Positions 11,401-22,964 of a stretch of 64,000 nucleotides of DNA are shown one piece after another (position 1 is the first letter of the stretch; each line of letters begins with the position of its first letter). The stretch is from an uncultured virus (IMG/VR IMGVR_UViG_3300047157_000150). Lineage: Duplodnaviria > Heunggongvirae > Uroviricota > Caudoviricetes. A program made the translations under genes and the position numbers. The DNA lies in IMG/VR virus record IMGVR_UViG_3300047157_000150; one strand, 5' to 3'. Under the pieces are notes generated by a model. That model ran no database searches. It was not told the DNA's origin and saw nothing but the letters and a program-made list of their open reading frames with translations.

Positions 11401-14400
11401 AATTATAATTTTTATGCTTCGGGGTATAGGGCAAATATAGGAAGAATACCTACGGCTGATGAACATAAGGATGATACCGATTCTTACAGATTAGACTTAC
11501 CAACAGAAAGAACAGGTCTATTTCCTGTTGTAGGTTCAAGGACACATGAAATTACTCGCTATCCTACTATTTTTCATAACTCCATATATCACTATGGTAG
11601 AAGATTACAAACAGATAATAATGGGATAAGTGCCACTACAATATTTAAAAATTTATATGAACTTTATGATAATTATTCCGGCCCCCTGCATTTGTTTTCT
11701 ATTGGAGATATATACCCCGAAAGTAAGAAAAATCCGGACAACATAGGATTTACAAGTGGAACTTATAGTCGAACACTTTCCGATTACGGGGTCGTATTTA
11801 AAGGAGAACCTAAAGGTGTTGAAACAACATTTAATCACACTAATTGGGCGGGTTCTACAACAGTTAAAAACAAATTAGATGATGATTATTTTTATCAAGC
11901 GATTCAAACATCTAAAGGAGATATGCGAAGAATGAATCTTGTAAGATTAACAGATGTGACATTTGATATGATGATGAATGAAGTAGATTATGAACACTAT
12001 AAATTCGATAATAGAGGTGGTAAAAACCTTTCTACTATTTTAAATTCAACAATATTAAGAACAGATGCAAATGTTCAAATTGTTAAAAGTTTTCCGGAAT
12101 CTGGTTTTAGTCCAATAGACATTACACTTACTTCTAATATTTCAGCAGGTGCTACTATTGCAGTAAATGACGATAGTTGGTATAGTAGTGATTATATTTT
12201 TACCCTATATACAGACCCTTATGATTCTTACTCCGAAAATCACGGATTAAATAGGGCTGTATATGGAGTTCCGCTGTTAATAGGGCAAGTTGCGAGTGTG
12301 AATAATAATACTGTGACCCTTGTAACTGCTCTGGCTGGTTTAAGTACAGGTGTAGGTTATACTTCTGGTTCAAAGTTATATGTGACAGTTAAATTGGCGG
12401 CTGAGTCGAGTAAAGCATTTACTAAAAAAATTCATGGGGCTAATATTAATTCTTTCCCGATTATAAGTGTCACAGAAGTAGATAATGGTGACGGGGTTAT
12501 AAATCACAACTATAATAGAACTATGGCTTTGGTTGGTATTGGGGATGGAAATACTAACGATGCAGCATTTGAAGATAGTAGTAGTAATGATATTGCTGAA
12601 GAAAATAGATTCCCACTTAATGTTGATACAACCACTATTGCTGGAACACTTAACAATGTTAATGGTATTATTAAAGTTCCTTATATTCCCGGTTCCGCAA
12701 CAGAAGGTAAGCATTTTAGTGCGACTTCACCTAATGAAGTCACAGTAGGTTTAGTGACTCACCGTTTTAGATGGAATTTTGATGCTAATTTTAACGACGA
12801 TGTAATGACTATTACAAATGGAAAGGCATTACAATTTTTTAATTCTGACGGAACATGTAAAACTTTTCACGAAATTAAAACAGGCTCTACACAAAGTATG
12901 TTTAAATTAGTTGTAGGCTCGGATGCGACTTATAGTGAAACTCTTTTAAGATTAACGGGAGTGACAGATACCCAATTAACATTTTCGAAACACGCTTCAA
13001 GCCCATCAAGTCCCGGCTGGAGTGATTCAAATGAAACAGATTGTACACTTACCGCTTACGAAGATTCTACAACGGTAGTGACTTCATCTCAAAGGCTATT
13101 TCCTGTAAGGGCTATTCAAGATTCAAAAAGAGGACACGCCTTTGCATTTAAAAATTTATATCCGGTTATTATGGATATTCCTCATTTTGGTTTAAACACA
13201 GGTTCAAACTTTTTAGGTAGTGGAATAAATTGTAAAGCAACCGGTGGTATTTATGCAGTTGAACCTAATAAAATAGAATATTATGACATACAAGTAGGGG
13301 GTTATTCTCATAATGATGGTGCGTATGATGTAGATGGTTTAGAAATAATTGTTCATGGGGATAATGCTGGTGGATTTGCGACAGGTATTTATGAAAATAA
13401 TTTAGGGGGGAGCAATTTTGCAGGTGTAAGACCTATCGAAGTATTATTTAAAGCATTTATAGATGTAGATGATTTTACAGTGGCTACACACTCAGGCGAT
13501 GCAGGATTAAAAACTACTGAAAAAATGTTAATAACTACCTTTAATATTGATGCCTTAGATAATGGAAGCACTTCTTCTGCTAATGAATGGTTGTGTTATT
13601 CTAATAATCTTACAGGATATTATTTAGAAGGTAATAATACATTACATAAAATTATTTCACACACTGTTGCTAAGGATGATTCCACAGGTAGTGTTTCTAC
13701 TGTTTTTAAACACTATTTAAAAATAGACAATGCAAGTTCTACTCCCAATGGTAAATTATCACTTATGAAAATAAATCAAAAATGCACCTATGATTTTTCA
13801 CCAAAGGAAATACATTTAAATAAAGCGTCTTATCTTTATACTAAAAAGCCGGGAGTTAATGAAATGATGAGTCATATTCCTATTACTACTGCAACAAGGG
13901 GAGAAGAGATAGTTGAAGATGGTTTTTATTCCGCAGGTATAAACAAGGGTGGCATACAATCATTATACACAATGATAGAACCTGATGGTGGCGGTGGTAA
14001 TTACTTAATTCCTCGAACTTCCAGTGATATTTCTTTTACTAATAGTTTTCCTACTGGAAGTGAATACGATATTTTAATGACAGACGGGGTTAATTCATTA
14101 AGAACTTCTATGTTTGTTTCTTCCAGTAAAATTTTAGAATTTGCAGATATGAAAGAAATGAAAGGAACTCCTTCTGTTGGTAGTATTTTATCTATAACCA
14201 CAGCACAAAACCCTAATTTTAAACCTAAATCAGTAGGTATTTGTGTTCCATTTAATATTAGTGTTGAAGTGGAAGATGTTGCAGATGATATTTTAACTTC
14301 CGTTGGTATTTCTTATACAAAAGATACTACTTCTAATAATTACTACATCGGTTCTAATTTTACAGGTGAAAATGCTTATGCTGCAATTAATAATGTATTG

Positions 14401-15108
14401 TCGTTTAAGAAAAAGAAATTGACCGTAGATGGTAATACTATACGGGTAGTTTCAAATGAAGAAGAAAAAGAATATAGAAGTATTGAATTTAATGAAGAAA
14501 ATAATATCCATAAAGTCACGAGTATTAAAAAGAATAAATCACTGTACGATAACTTTAACGAAGTGGTAGTATTTGGTGACGGTGTAAAGGGAACTGCTAA
14601 AAATTATAGAGAAATTAAAAAGCGAGGTTCAAAAACTAAGGAAGTATATGATTTTTCATTAGTCACTAATGCACAGGTATCGCAAAAGGCACAACGACTT
14701 TTAAAATTATACACAAGCCTACAATCAGCCATAGAAATAGAAGTAGGTGATAATATACCGCTACTGCAACCCGGAAATATCGTATCAGTTTATTACCCCT
14801 CGGAGGGAATATTTAGGGGAGACTACATGGTTATTGAGATTGAGAAAAATATTGGAATGCCAACTAAGTTATTACTTGGGGAATATAATCGTGACTTAGC
14901 AAATACATTCACAATGTTGATTTCAGAAACACGCAATTTACAAGGAAGGGCAAAACAAAAAGTTTATACCAGCGTGACCTCTCCTAATATTGATATACAG
15001 GCATTACGAGTTAAGTTTGTCAAAGCAACAATAACTAAAACCAATTCAACTGCAACAGAATTAGGATTCACATACACATTAGGATTCGATGCGAGGATGG
15101 GACTATGA
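8488..15108 (+). CDS. Very large tail tip/hub protein, frameshifted in its 5' part (intact ORF 9856-15108)
   Basis: Pieces 8488-, 8702-9262, 9309-9524 and 9856-15108; C-terminal NEVVVFGDG...LQPGNIVSV...YMVIEIEK resembles tail hub ends. Confidence 0.6.
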
Positions 15109-15458
15109 TAACAACAGAAGGAAAAACAAATTTGAAAGACCATATTATCTCAACTTTTACACACTTTCAAGTGGGGACGGGCGGGGATTCAACAAATCCT
15201 AATGCGGGAGACTTAGATTCACCTTTGGGTTCAAAGGCTACGATTACAAGTGCAAGTGGGCAAGTCCTTTCAAGTGGAGAAACTTCAATTGATTTTTCAT
15301 TTACTATATTGGGTTCTGCGTATGTTGGCAATACAATTAAGGAAGTAGGTATATTCGATTCGGGGAATACTTTATTAGTACGAGTTAATTATGACGGAAT
15401 AGGACCACTTACAAGTTCGGATGAAGTAGAGTTTATAATTACGGTGGAGGTAGATTAA
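15105..15458 (+). CDS. Tail/baseplate-associated protein
   Basis: MITTEGK...FQVGTG...IKEVGIFDS pattern seen at phage tail fibre N-termini. Confidence 0.55.
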   Translation: MITTEGKTNLKDHIISTFTHFQVGTGGDSTNPNAGDLDSPLGSKATITSASGQVLSSGETSIDFSFTILGSAYVGNTIKEVGIFDSGNTLLVRVNYDGIGPLTSSDEVEFIITVEVD

Positions 15459-17020
15459 TGGTAGCAAATCAGGGAAAAATAACAACAATGGGTGGAACTA
15501 CTGGATTAGTAGACCAAACAGATAAAATGCACACTGGAATTTTAAAGGCATTAGAAGCGTATAGTAAAGAAGATATTTGTATCGGCCATGCAGGTTTTAC
15601 TATTACAGGCACAGGAACTTACACTCAATATAATTTAGCGCAACCAATTCACTTTACAACAAAAGGGCAATACAAAAAACATACAAGTGATATTTCTATA
15701 ACATACGATACTACTGTGACAGACGCAAAACCAACTGCGGGTCAAACGCAACACCCAAATTATACTCGTTATGATTTAATTTCTATAACAAACGCTGATA
15801 CACCCACTTTGGTAATCACATTAGGAACTTTAAGTGGTGCTAATGGTTTGGTTCCCGACTTACCAACAGGTAATATTCCTATTGCTTTAATTGAAGTCAC
15901 GGCAGGAACAGACCCCAATAAGATTAATTATAATTTTCAATTATACACATTAGATAAACAAACTAATTCTCTTTCAATCGGTTATTCAAGCGGTGGGTTT
16001 TATACTGAAGTAAGTTCTATTACTGGAACAAGTGATGGATTATTTATTTCAGGTATAGCAGACCATACAAGTTCATTAGCAGGTGCGGATAAAGTTTTAA
16101 TTCAAGATGCGGATGCTTCTAATGTAATGAAAACTGTTACTGCTCAATCTATTGCTAATTTATCGACAGGAGATATTACATCTGTTGTGGCTGGTAGTGC
16201 TTTGACAGGTGGAGGAACAACAGGAGATGTTACACTAAATGTTGGTGTTGATGATTCTACTATTGAAATTAATTCGGATGCTTTAAGATTAAAAGATAGT
16301 GGAATAACAGTTGGAAAGATGGCCGCTAATTCTGTCGATTCCGACCAATATGTAGACGGTTCTGTTGACAATATACATTTGGCAACAGGAATAGATGCAG
16401 TTAAAATTGCTGATGGTACAGTCACTAATGAAGAATTTCAAAGAATAAATACTCTTACTTCAAACGCACAAACACAATTAAACACTAAACTACAAGTGGG
16501 ACAGTTTAGTATGTGGATTCCAGCAGAAGCAATAAGCCCCCAATCAGTAAATCCTTGTGGTAGTTTAACAACAACTGCTAACGCTAACGCTACTCAACCG
16601 GATTTTAGAACCTTAGCATTCGACGCAGGTACTGATGAATTTGCTCAATTTTCAATTGCTATGCCTAAAATGTGGAACGAAGGTGCAGTTTTATTTACTT
16701 TTTATTGGACTCATGTTGGTAGTGCAGGTAATGATGTAATTTGGACTATTGCTGGAACTTCTGTTTCTAATGATGAAGCCATAGGGGGAGTTATTTTCGG
16801 AACTGCTGTTAATTATCAAGATACAGCACTAGACGCTAAAGATTTGCATATTGTCAGTAGCGATACTACTCTCACTATTGCAGGTAGTCCCGCAGTAGGA
16901 GATGTTTGCTTTTTCCAAATATCAAGAGATGCTAATAATGGTAATGATGATTTCGCTAGTGATGCTTTGCTTATTGGTGTTAAGATGAAATACACCGTTG
17001 ACGGATTAAATGATGAGTGA
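15458..17020 (+). CDS. Tail fibre-like structural protein
   Basis: GDITSVVAGSALTGGGTTGDVTLNV and KMAANSVDSDQYVDGSVD fibre-type repeats. Confidence 0.65.
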   Translation: MVANQGKITTMGGTTGLVDQTDKMHTGILKALEAYSKEDICIGHAGFTITGTGTYTQYNLAQPIHFTTKGQYKKHTSDISITYDTTVTDAKPTAGQTQHPNYTRYDLISITNADTPTLVITLGTLSGANGLVPDLPTGNIPIALIEVTAGTDPNKINYNFQLYTLDKQTNSLSIGYSSGGFYTEVSSITGTSDGLFISGIADHTSSLAGADKVLIQDADASNVMKTVTAQSIANLSTGDITSVVAGSALTGGGTTGDVTLNVGVDDSTIEINSDALRLKDSGITVGKMAANSVDSDQYVDGSVDNIHLATGIDAVKIADGTVTNEEFQRINTLTSNAQTQLNTKLQVGQFSMWIPAEAISPQSVNPCGSLTTTANANATQPDFRTLAFDAGTDEFAQFSIAMPKMWNEGAVLFTFYWTHVGSAGNDVIWTIAGTSVSNDEAIGGVIFGTAVNYQDTALDAKDLHIVSSDTTLTIAGSPAVGDVCFFQISRDANNGNDDFASDALLIGVKMKYTVDGLNDE

Positions 17021-18027
17021 TTAAGATGTGGGTAAGTAGAGTATCGGGAATGGGGTCTTATGCGAATAGGACTACCCCTGTAAATACTAATCTTTACAAT
17101 TTGGCTTCTGTAAAATCTATCCATGAAACTAATTCTAATAATGGTGTTGGAATAAATTTTAATGCAGGTGCGGCTGATTCGGCTTGGATGACAGGTGTTC
17201 AAGTAATAGGGACTGACATGTATATTTCAAATAGAGGAAATCTCAACAGTTTTGATAGTGCAGAAGTTTTTATTACAAAAATAGCAATAAGTTCTACCGG
17301 AAGTGGAAATGCGGTTGCCCAAAATGCGGCAGGTTTAGGACTAAACAGTTGTGATGGATTCGGACTTAATGATGATGCCACCAAGATTATATTTACTGAT
17401 TTTCATGGTAATCAAGTAAGAAGTGGAACGATGGATGTTAATTTAGCCATAACTCTCAATGGCAGTGCTTTAAATGCAGGTGGTGGAGCGAGATTTGCTA
17501 GATGGAATAATGACGGTTCTAAGTATTATTTTGGTTATGGTTCATCGGGTGGAAATAGTATAATTAAACAATATACTGCTGGAACTAATTACATAGTGGC
17601 TTCCAGCGACAGTGCTGGAACTTCACAAACTCTATCAATAGGGGCGGCTAGTGATTTAGTTTTTAATAGTGATGGAAGTAAAATGTATATTCCTGACGCA
17701 CTAACCGCCGAAGTTTTTGAATACGATTTGTCTACACCTTACGATATTTCAACAGAAACATTAGTTACTACCTTAGACATAAGAAATTTCTTTACTAATA
17801 GTGGCAGTTCTACTAATTCTCCGTGGAGACCAGCAGGTAGCAGTAGTAGTACGCCGTGGATTTCCGGTATATCTTGGAACGATGATGGAAGTAAATTTTA
17901 TGTTATTAGTTTATGGGGAACTACAATACAATCTAAGGTTAGCGGTACGCTCAATCCTTCTACTGTCACAGGAGATGGTGGGACTAGAACCAATACTATG
18001 CCAATAATTGAGTTTAGAGTTCAGTAA
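17017..18027 (+). CDS. Beta-propeller putative receptor-binding protein
   Basis: Repeated (F/W)NxDGSKxY blades and YDLSTPYDIST. Confidence 0.6.
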   Translation: MIKMWVSRVSGMGSYANRTTPVNTNLYNLASVKSIHETNSNNGVGINFNAGAADSAWMTGVQVIGTDMYISNRGNLNSFDSAEVFITKIAISSTGSGNAVAQNAAGLGLNSCDGFGLNDDATKIIFTDFHGNQVRSGTMDVNLAITLNGSALNAGGGARFARWNNDGSKYYFGYGSSGGNSIIKQYTAGTNYIVASSDSAGTSQTLSIGAASDLVFNSDGSKMYIPDALTAEVFEYDLSTPYDISTETLVTTLDIRNFFTNSGSSTNSPWRPAGSSSSTPWISGISWNDDGSKFYVISLWGTTIQSKVSGTLNPSTVTGDGGTRTNTMPIIEFRVQ

Positions 18028-18071
18028 GAATAGAAAAATATTAAATAGTCGTTGATGATTCGTTTATAATA

Positions 18072-18290
18072 GTGGTAACCATGTCGGATTTAGATGAAGT
18101 CCTTGAGAGAGATTCTGACGGTAAGATAAATTGGCTTGTATCAAAAGTGAATGATATTGACACACGGGTTCACACTATTGAAACAAACCATTTGTTTCAC
18201 ATGGAAAAAGACATGGCTATGTTAAGAAAGGGAGTCTATCTACTTGCCGCAATCGGTATTACATATCTAACGGGAGTGCAATTACTATGA
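18072..18290 (+). CDS. Small coiled-coil protein with C-terminal TM helix
   Basis: GVYLLAAIGITYLTGVQLL; probable start MSDL at 18081. Confidence 0.55.
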   Translation: MVTMSDLDEVLERDSDGKINWLVSKVNDIDTRVHTIETNHLFHMEKDMAMLRKGVYLLAAIGITYLTGVQLL

Positions 18291-18550
18291 CATGGCAAGC
18301 AATTTTAAAAGGTGTAAAGGTTAGACCGAAGCATTTAGATTTATTGGTAGAATATATTGAAATGATGGGAACACCTGTAAAGCCCGGAGAATTTTTTTCT
18401 TTTATGAATGAGAGAAGTATGTCGAATGTTCCTAGTTCGGGTCCGATAAAGGTAGCCGCAAAAAGGGACAATAGATTTAATTTTCACGGCACAGGAAGAT
18501 TTTTAAAAATAGGACTCGTAGGAGTTCACGAAGTATTGGGGGAAGAATAA
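18287..18550 (+). CDS. W-tag protein, possible winged helix
   Basis: Starts MTWQAILK; ATGA overlap with upstream gene. Confidence 0.6.
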   Translation: MTWQAILKGVKVRPKHLDLLVEYIEMMGTPVKPGEFFSFMNERSMSNVPSSGPIKVAAKRDNRFNFHGTGRFLKIGLVGVHEVLGEE

Positions 18551-18551
18551 A

Positions 18552-18996
18552 ATGAAAAATAATAATGACACATTTAATGACCGAATGGTAAAGAGAACAG
18601 TATTGCCAGCAATTTATTTGTGGCTTCTTGCCGCAGGTGCAGTAGTAGGTATGGGTATTGTTCACCCCCGATGTTGTTTTAGCAAATCTTGATGGGTTTA
18701 TTGCACTTATCGCAATTATTAGCGGTGTATCTGCTCCGGCCTTACAAACAGTTCTTCGTATGTGGGAAAGTGAACAACAGGTTGAAATTGATAATCTTGG
18801 TGTAGAAATGGAACACGAAAGAGTTCGTGATGCACTTAGAAAGCAACATCTTATTGATTTAGAAAAACTACAACAAGGACACGAACACGCTTTATCTTCT
18901 GCCGCACAAGAGCATAATCATGTGGTTGAGAAGCATAAAGAAACAATTGTTAAACTTACACCTATTCATAAGATGGGTGAAAATAGGGAGGAATGA
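18552..18996 (+). CDS. Two-TM membrane protein with coiled-coil tail (holin-like?), frameshift near 18660
   Basis: MKNNNDTFNDRMVKRTVLPAIYLWLLAAGAVVGMGI joins PDVVLANLDGFIALIAIISG in another frame. Confidence 0.5.
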
Positions 18997-18998
18997 AT

Positions 18999-19151
18999 AT
19001 GTGGAAAAGTATATTAAAAGAAAGTAATATGATGACTTATGTTAATGAAAAATTAGCGGCGGCACAGAGAACTAAGGATAAAGAGACTATTGAATTTTAC
19101 TTAAAACTTAAGAAACAAATTGAAGAATTTGAAAAGAGGCAAAAAGAATGA
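18999..19151 (+). CDS. W-tag protein, 50 aa (not in ORF track)
   Basis: MWKSILKESNMMTYVNEKLAAAQRTKDKETIEFYLKLKKQIEEFEKRQKE; SD GGAGG. Confidence 0.65.
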   Translation: MWKSILKESNMMTYVNEKLAAAQRTKDKETIEFYLKLKKQIEEFEKRQKE

Positions 19152-19255
19152 CTCGTTGTAATTTTTTAGATACTTGGTTTGATACCCAATCAAAGGTAAT
19201 AGATAAAAAAGAAAAAGAGAGTAAAAAAGATTTTGTTACAGGTGAGAAAAAATGA
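19148..19255 (+). CDS. Hypothetical 35-aa protein
   Basis: MTRCNFLDTWFDTQSK...; ATGA overlaps at both ends. Confidence 0.5.
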   Translation: MTRCNFLDTWFDTQSKVIDKKEKESKKDFVTGEKK

Positions 19256-19824
19256 GTTGGTTTGATATTATTAAATATAATCGGGACCATTATGTTGAAG
19301 CGAATAAAAAACATAGCGATGAAGGAACTATCAACAGTCATAAAAAAATATTAGATTTAGTATCTAACTCTTCTATAAAAAATAAAAACATGGGAAGAAC
19401 TATTAACTCTATAAAAAATAAACAACCGGTAATACTTGGATTCCCACCTATACAAGAAATTATAAATCTTTCAGTAGAAGAAGTAATAGGCCACTTAGAA
19501 AATCTTTTGAAAGAAGTGAATGGTGTTTTTAATGAATACAAGAAGACAAACAGATATTATAGAGATGAAAGTCTCTCGAAGAGAACTTTTCACAGGTTTG
19601 AGAATAGTATTGTTTCTGCTATAGAAGAATTAACACACTATTACAATGCCCGCATTTCTTTTAGGAGGGAAAGGTCTGCTATTCAATTCGATGAGTCTAT
19701 GCGACAAGCAGTTGAGTACCTGCTTAAACCTATTTATAGACTAATTAGGGAAACAAATACTTCGGCTCGAAAGGGAGGAAGAGTAACCGCAGCGCATAAG
19801 TACCACAGACGAAATAATTTATAG
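19252..19824 (+). CDS. W-tag protein
   Basis: Starts MSWFDIIK; SD GGTGAG. Confidence 0.65.
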   Translation: MSWFDIIKYNRDHYVEANKKHSDEGTINSHKKILDLVSNSSIKNKNMGRTINSIKNKQPVILGFPPIQEIINLSVEEVIGHLENLLKEVNGVFNEYKKTNRYYRDESLSKRTFHRFENSIVSAIEELTHYYNARISFRRERSAIQFDESMRQAVEYLLKPIYRLIRETNTSARKGGRVTAAHKYHRRNNL

Positions 19825-19864
19825 TGAGTAATAAAGGTTTAAAAAAAGATTGAAAAATTTGCAT

Positions 19865-19907
19865 AAAAAAAAGCCCCGACCCCCATAAGGGGCCGAGGCC
19901 AAAAAAA
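19865..19907 (-). terminator. GC hairpin with T-tracts at convergence of the two modules
   Basis: GCCCCGACCCC-CATAA-GGGGCCGAGGC flanked by A7-A8 runs on + strand. Confidence 0.6.
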
Positions 19908-20001
19908 GAATTTTTCTAAAACTTTGCTTGTTATTAATTTATTAATCTGAAATAAATTCATTAATAACTTAAAAGTAACATTTTTTTAGGTTGAAACTCA
20001 A

Positions 20002-20595
20002 TTACCACTCCAAATCAATCTTCACCAACTCTCCTAAGTCTTCATCGAAAAAACTTAGATTACCATTTTCCACACCCATTTTCCACACATCTAAAGTAAG
20101 TTGAGAATCTTTTAGACAATACTTTGCCACATCTTCATACTTACCTTCACCCCACCATCGGACAGCCATAAGTCCGTCACCAGACTTTTGTGAATTAAGA
20201 TTACACTTTGCGAGGTTATCTAATTGTACTCGCTTACCTGCTGCTTTTGTCACCATTCTTGATGTATCAATACAGCGTGTTTCTTTCTCTTCGAGATACT
20301 TACGAACAATATAAATGTCCATTGAATCTCGTAAAGCAGGTAAATCAAAGGCTACAATATTATGCCCTAATAACTTTCCACCCTTTTGAAAGTGGTCGTC
20401 TAAGTCGTACTTAAGTTGTTTTAGTTCTTTGACAACTGCACCTTCTATTTCCATAGGCTTATCAATATAAACCGTATTATTCTCTCCATCAGTAGTAGTG
20501 ACGCAAGTCACTTGCCACATGTGGGTATTCTGCCAACCGCCAATATCTGCGGCTGTGTTTCCTGTTTCTATATCAAACGACAATATATTATTCAT
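20002..20595 (-). CDS. DEDD/RNase H-like 3'-5' exonuclease
   Basis: SFDIET, GHNIVAFDLP, YCLKDSQLT motifs. Confidence 0.85.
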   Translation of the reverse strand: MNNILSFDIETGNTAADIGGWQNTHMWQVTCVTTTDGENNTVYIDKPMEIEGAVVKELKQLKYDLDDHFQKGGKLLGHNIVAFDLPALRDSMDIYIVRKYLEEKETRCIDTSRMVTKAAGKRVQLDNLAKCNLNSQKSGDGLMAVRWWGEGKYEDVAKYCLKDSQLTLDVWKMGVENGNLSFFDEDLGELVKIDLEW

Positions 20596-20776
20596 TTTTT
20601 TTCACTTCCATATTTTTAATTATATCAATGGGATAATTCATGTCCATCATTTCTATGACTTTCAGTAGCATTTCTTCATCAATATAATTAATGAACAAAT
20701 CAATTAAATCATCCCTTGAAACTTCTTCTTCATCCAGCACTTGTCTAAAGCGCAATATTCTATTTTTTATATACAT
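20588..20776 (-). CDS. Hypothetical protein
   Basis: Coupled ORF in operon. Confidence 0.5.
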   Translation of the reverse strand: MYIKNRILRFRQVLDEEEVSRDDLIDLFINYIDEEMLLKVIEMMDMNYPIDIIKNMEVKKNE

Positions 20777-22284
20777 TATTTCTTCCTCCTAACATATACT
20801 CGGTTATTCATTTTTTTATTCTCGAACAAATGTTCTACGCTATTCCATTCCCTATAAAAGGTTGGGCGACTTTTCCTAGTCAGTTTCATGTAGTTATTTA
20901 CTAATTCAGTTTTTGATACCCAACCGTCTTTCTTTGAAGCAGATTGATAAACTTTAGCAATCATTTGTTCACGACCTTTTTCTGCCATACGCTTAGGACT
21001 CTTTTTCAACTTATCACTAAACCAAGTGGTGATTGAATTAAAACTTTGGTCAGTAAGAATTTTTGCTTGGTCGATATGTCTTGCTGTTATTTTATCACTT
21101 TTTTCTGCACAAGCACAAAGGGCCGCAGCATTACACATATTGTTAATTGTATTCATCAAGAAAGTATTTAGTGCGGCATAGATATGGTCGGGAAAACCTT
21201 CCATGTATTTACGCATACCACGCCAAACTGTCTTAAGTCTTTTCTGTGCATCGGGGGTAAATGTTGTGACTAATCTTTTGTCCCCTGTTTCTTTATATCT
21301 TGCATCTGCCCAAGAATAAATATCATAAAGCATTTCCGAAAACTCTACTGTAAATGCGTCGGACCCATTTTCATCTTCAATAATATTACCTACCATATCC
21401 AAATATTCTTCTTCCATTTGCATCTTTAGTGATTCCGGAACTTCACGAACATATAACCACATACGCTGAAAGACACCTTTAGTAAGAATAACCTTTTCTA
21501 AACCCTGTGGGGGTAATGTTGTGGCCCATAAACTTCGCTGGCAATCTACAACTAAATCCTTACCCCATTCAGTTAAACGCTTTTTAATTAAGTGGGTATC
21601 GGAATCTAAACGATTCATAAACTTTTGAAACATCATTACGGTATCTTGCTTGTGCTGTGTTTCCTTGAAGATACCAGAATGTTCAAACTCATCAAAGGCA
21701 ATAATACCAGAACCAAATAAAGCACCGTTGATATTAAGGTCAATTTCTTCAGGCATTGGGTTTCCATCAATGTCTAAGTTTTCTTCACCACGCACCCAAT
21801 CAGGGTTAGGTTGACCCATTTTAATAGTCCCTAACAATGCTTGGTCTGTAAAGGCATCGGGGTTTTGTAGGTTGTATTCACTAACCCCACTTAACGGTCC
21901 TCTTGGGTTATCTCCCTTCATTGGGTGTTCGTTAACCAAAGTAAAAGTTTTTTGCCAAACAGGTGAAAGGAAGTCAAACATTGTAGTCTTTCCACTGCGA
22001 GCAGTTTGAATCCAACAGTAATGTATTCTTGGGTCAAGAGAAAGGCGACCTACTGGAACTCTTAGTTTATCTTTTAACAATTGACCGAGGGTTACATAAA
22101 AAGCCATCTGTGCCGGATAATCATTATACAGTGAAAACTGTGTAACAACATCTGTCCACCTTTGAACTACCTTTGGCATTGTAACCGCACTTCTTCTTTG
22201 TGTTTCTTCGCCTCTATCCATTTTTTCCATTTTTTCCAATGCTTCATATAATTCCCATTCATCTACTTCTAAATCTTCTACCAT
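20776..22284 (-). CDS. MCM-like AAA+ helicase
   Basis: Walker A ARSGKTT, TDQALLG, Walker B IIAFDEFE, FQR Arg-finger region, C-terminal wHTH. Confidence 0.65.
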   Translation of the reverse strand: MVEDLEVDEWELYEALEKMEKMDRGEETQRRSAVTMPKVVQRWTDVVTQFSLYNDYPAQMAFYVTLGQLLKDKLRVPVGRLSLDPRIHYCWIQTARSGKTTMFDFLSPVWQKTFTLVNEHPMKGDNPRGPLSGVSEYNLQNPDAFTDQALLGTIKMGQPNPDWVRGEENLDIDGNPMPEEIDLNINGALFGSGIIAFDEFEHSGIFKETQHKQDTVMMFQKFMNRLDSDTHLIKKRLTEWGKDLVVDCQRSLWATTLPPQGLEKVILTKGVFQRMWLYVREVPESLKMQMEEEYLDMVGNIIEDENGSDAFTVEFSEMLYDIYSWADARYKETGDKRLVTTFTPDAQKRLKTVWRGMRKYMEGFPDHIYAALNTFLMNTINNMCNAAALCACAEKSDKITARHIDQAKILTDQSFNSITTWFSDKLKKSPKRMAEKGREQMIAKVYQSASKKDGWVSKTELVNNYMKLTRKSRPTFYREWNSVEHLFENKKMNNRVYVRRKK

Positions 22285-22964
22285 TAGTATTTCACCTCTT
22301 GTTCTTCATTTAACGCTTTTGAAATATTGGTGGCCGTCACTTTACCAATACCTTTTACTTTCATAATTTCCTTGACTTCGCATGTAGCGATTTCTAATAA
22401 TGACCCGAACTGTTCTAAAAGATTACGAGCCTTTTCAATTGTTACACCTTGAATGGTGCAAAGTATATCCAACCTTACATCATCGGTTCTTGTTTTCTTG
22501 GGCAACATTTTCTGTAAATCAATTTCTTTATCACAGTGATGCTCACAAGCGACTATAAAATGTGCCGCCGCTTCTACATCTGCTACCCAAATGGGAGTTG
22601 TTTTAGTGTTCAGTGCTATGCTGGATAATGCACCTATAAACATTTTCTGTAATTTAAGCCTCCACCCTCTATTATTATAAGAGTTTTTTACATGGTTAAG
22701 ATAAGAACCAGCATCCGAAAGATTACCATATATGATAATATAATTTCTTACATAAGAATCTTCCATGTTGCTAATTTGATTAAACATTCTTTTGTTTCTC
22801 ACTGATTGTAAAAAGTCTTCAACGCTTTTTGCCTCAATACATACATCACCTATAATGTAATCACCTACTTCTAAAAATATCTTTTCTGCTTTGATATTAG
22901 ATAACATACAATACTGTAAAACCAATTCGCTTAACACTGAATCTTCCCTACTATCTATCATCAT
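22284..22964 (-). CDS. ERCC4/XPF nuclease with HhH repeats
   Basis: IDSRE, GDYII, IEAKSVEDF, VKGIGKVTA. Confidence 0.9.
   Translation of the reverse strand: MMIDSREDSVLSELVLQYCMLSNIKAEKIFLEVGDYIIGDVCIEAKSVEDFLQSVRNKRMFNQISNMEDSYVRNYIIIYGNLSDAGSYLNHVKNSYNNRGWRLKLQKMFIGALSSIALNTKTTPIWVADVEAAAHFIVACEHHCDKEIDLQKMLPKKTRTDDVRLDILCTIQGVTIEKARNLLEQFGSLLEIATCEVKEIMKVKGIGKVTATNISKALNEEQEVKY

Noticed and set aside
11653..17384. Short antisense ORFs within tail genes
   Set aside because: Shadow frames of long plus-strand genes with no independent signals.
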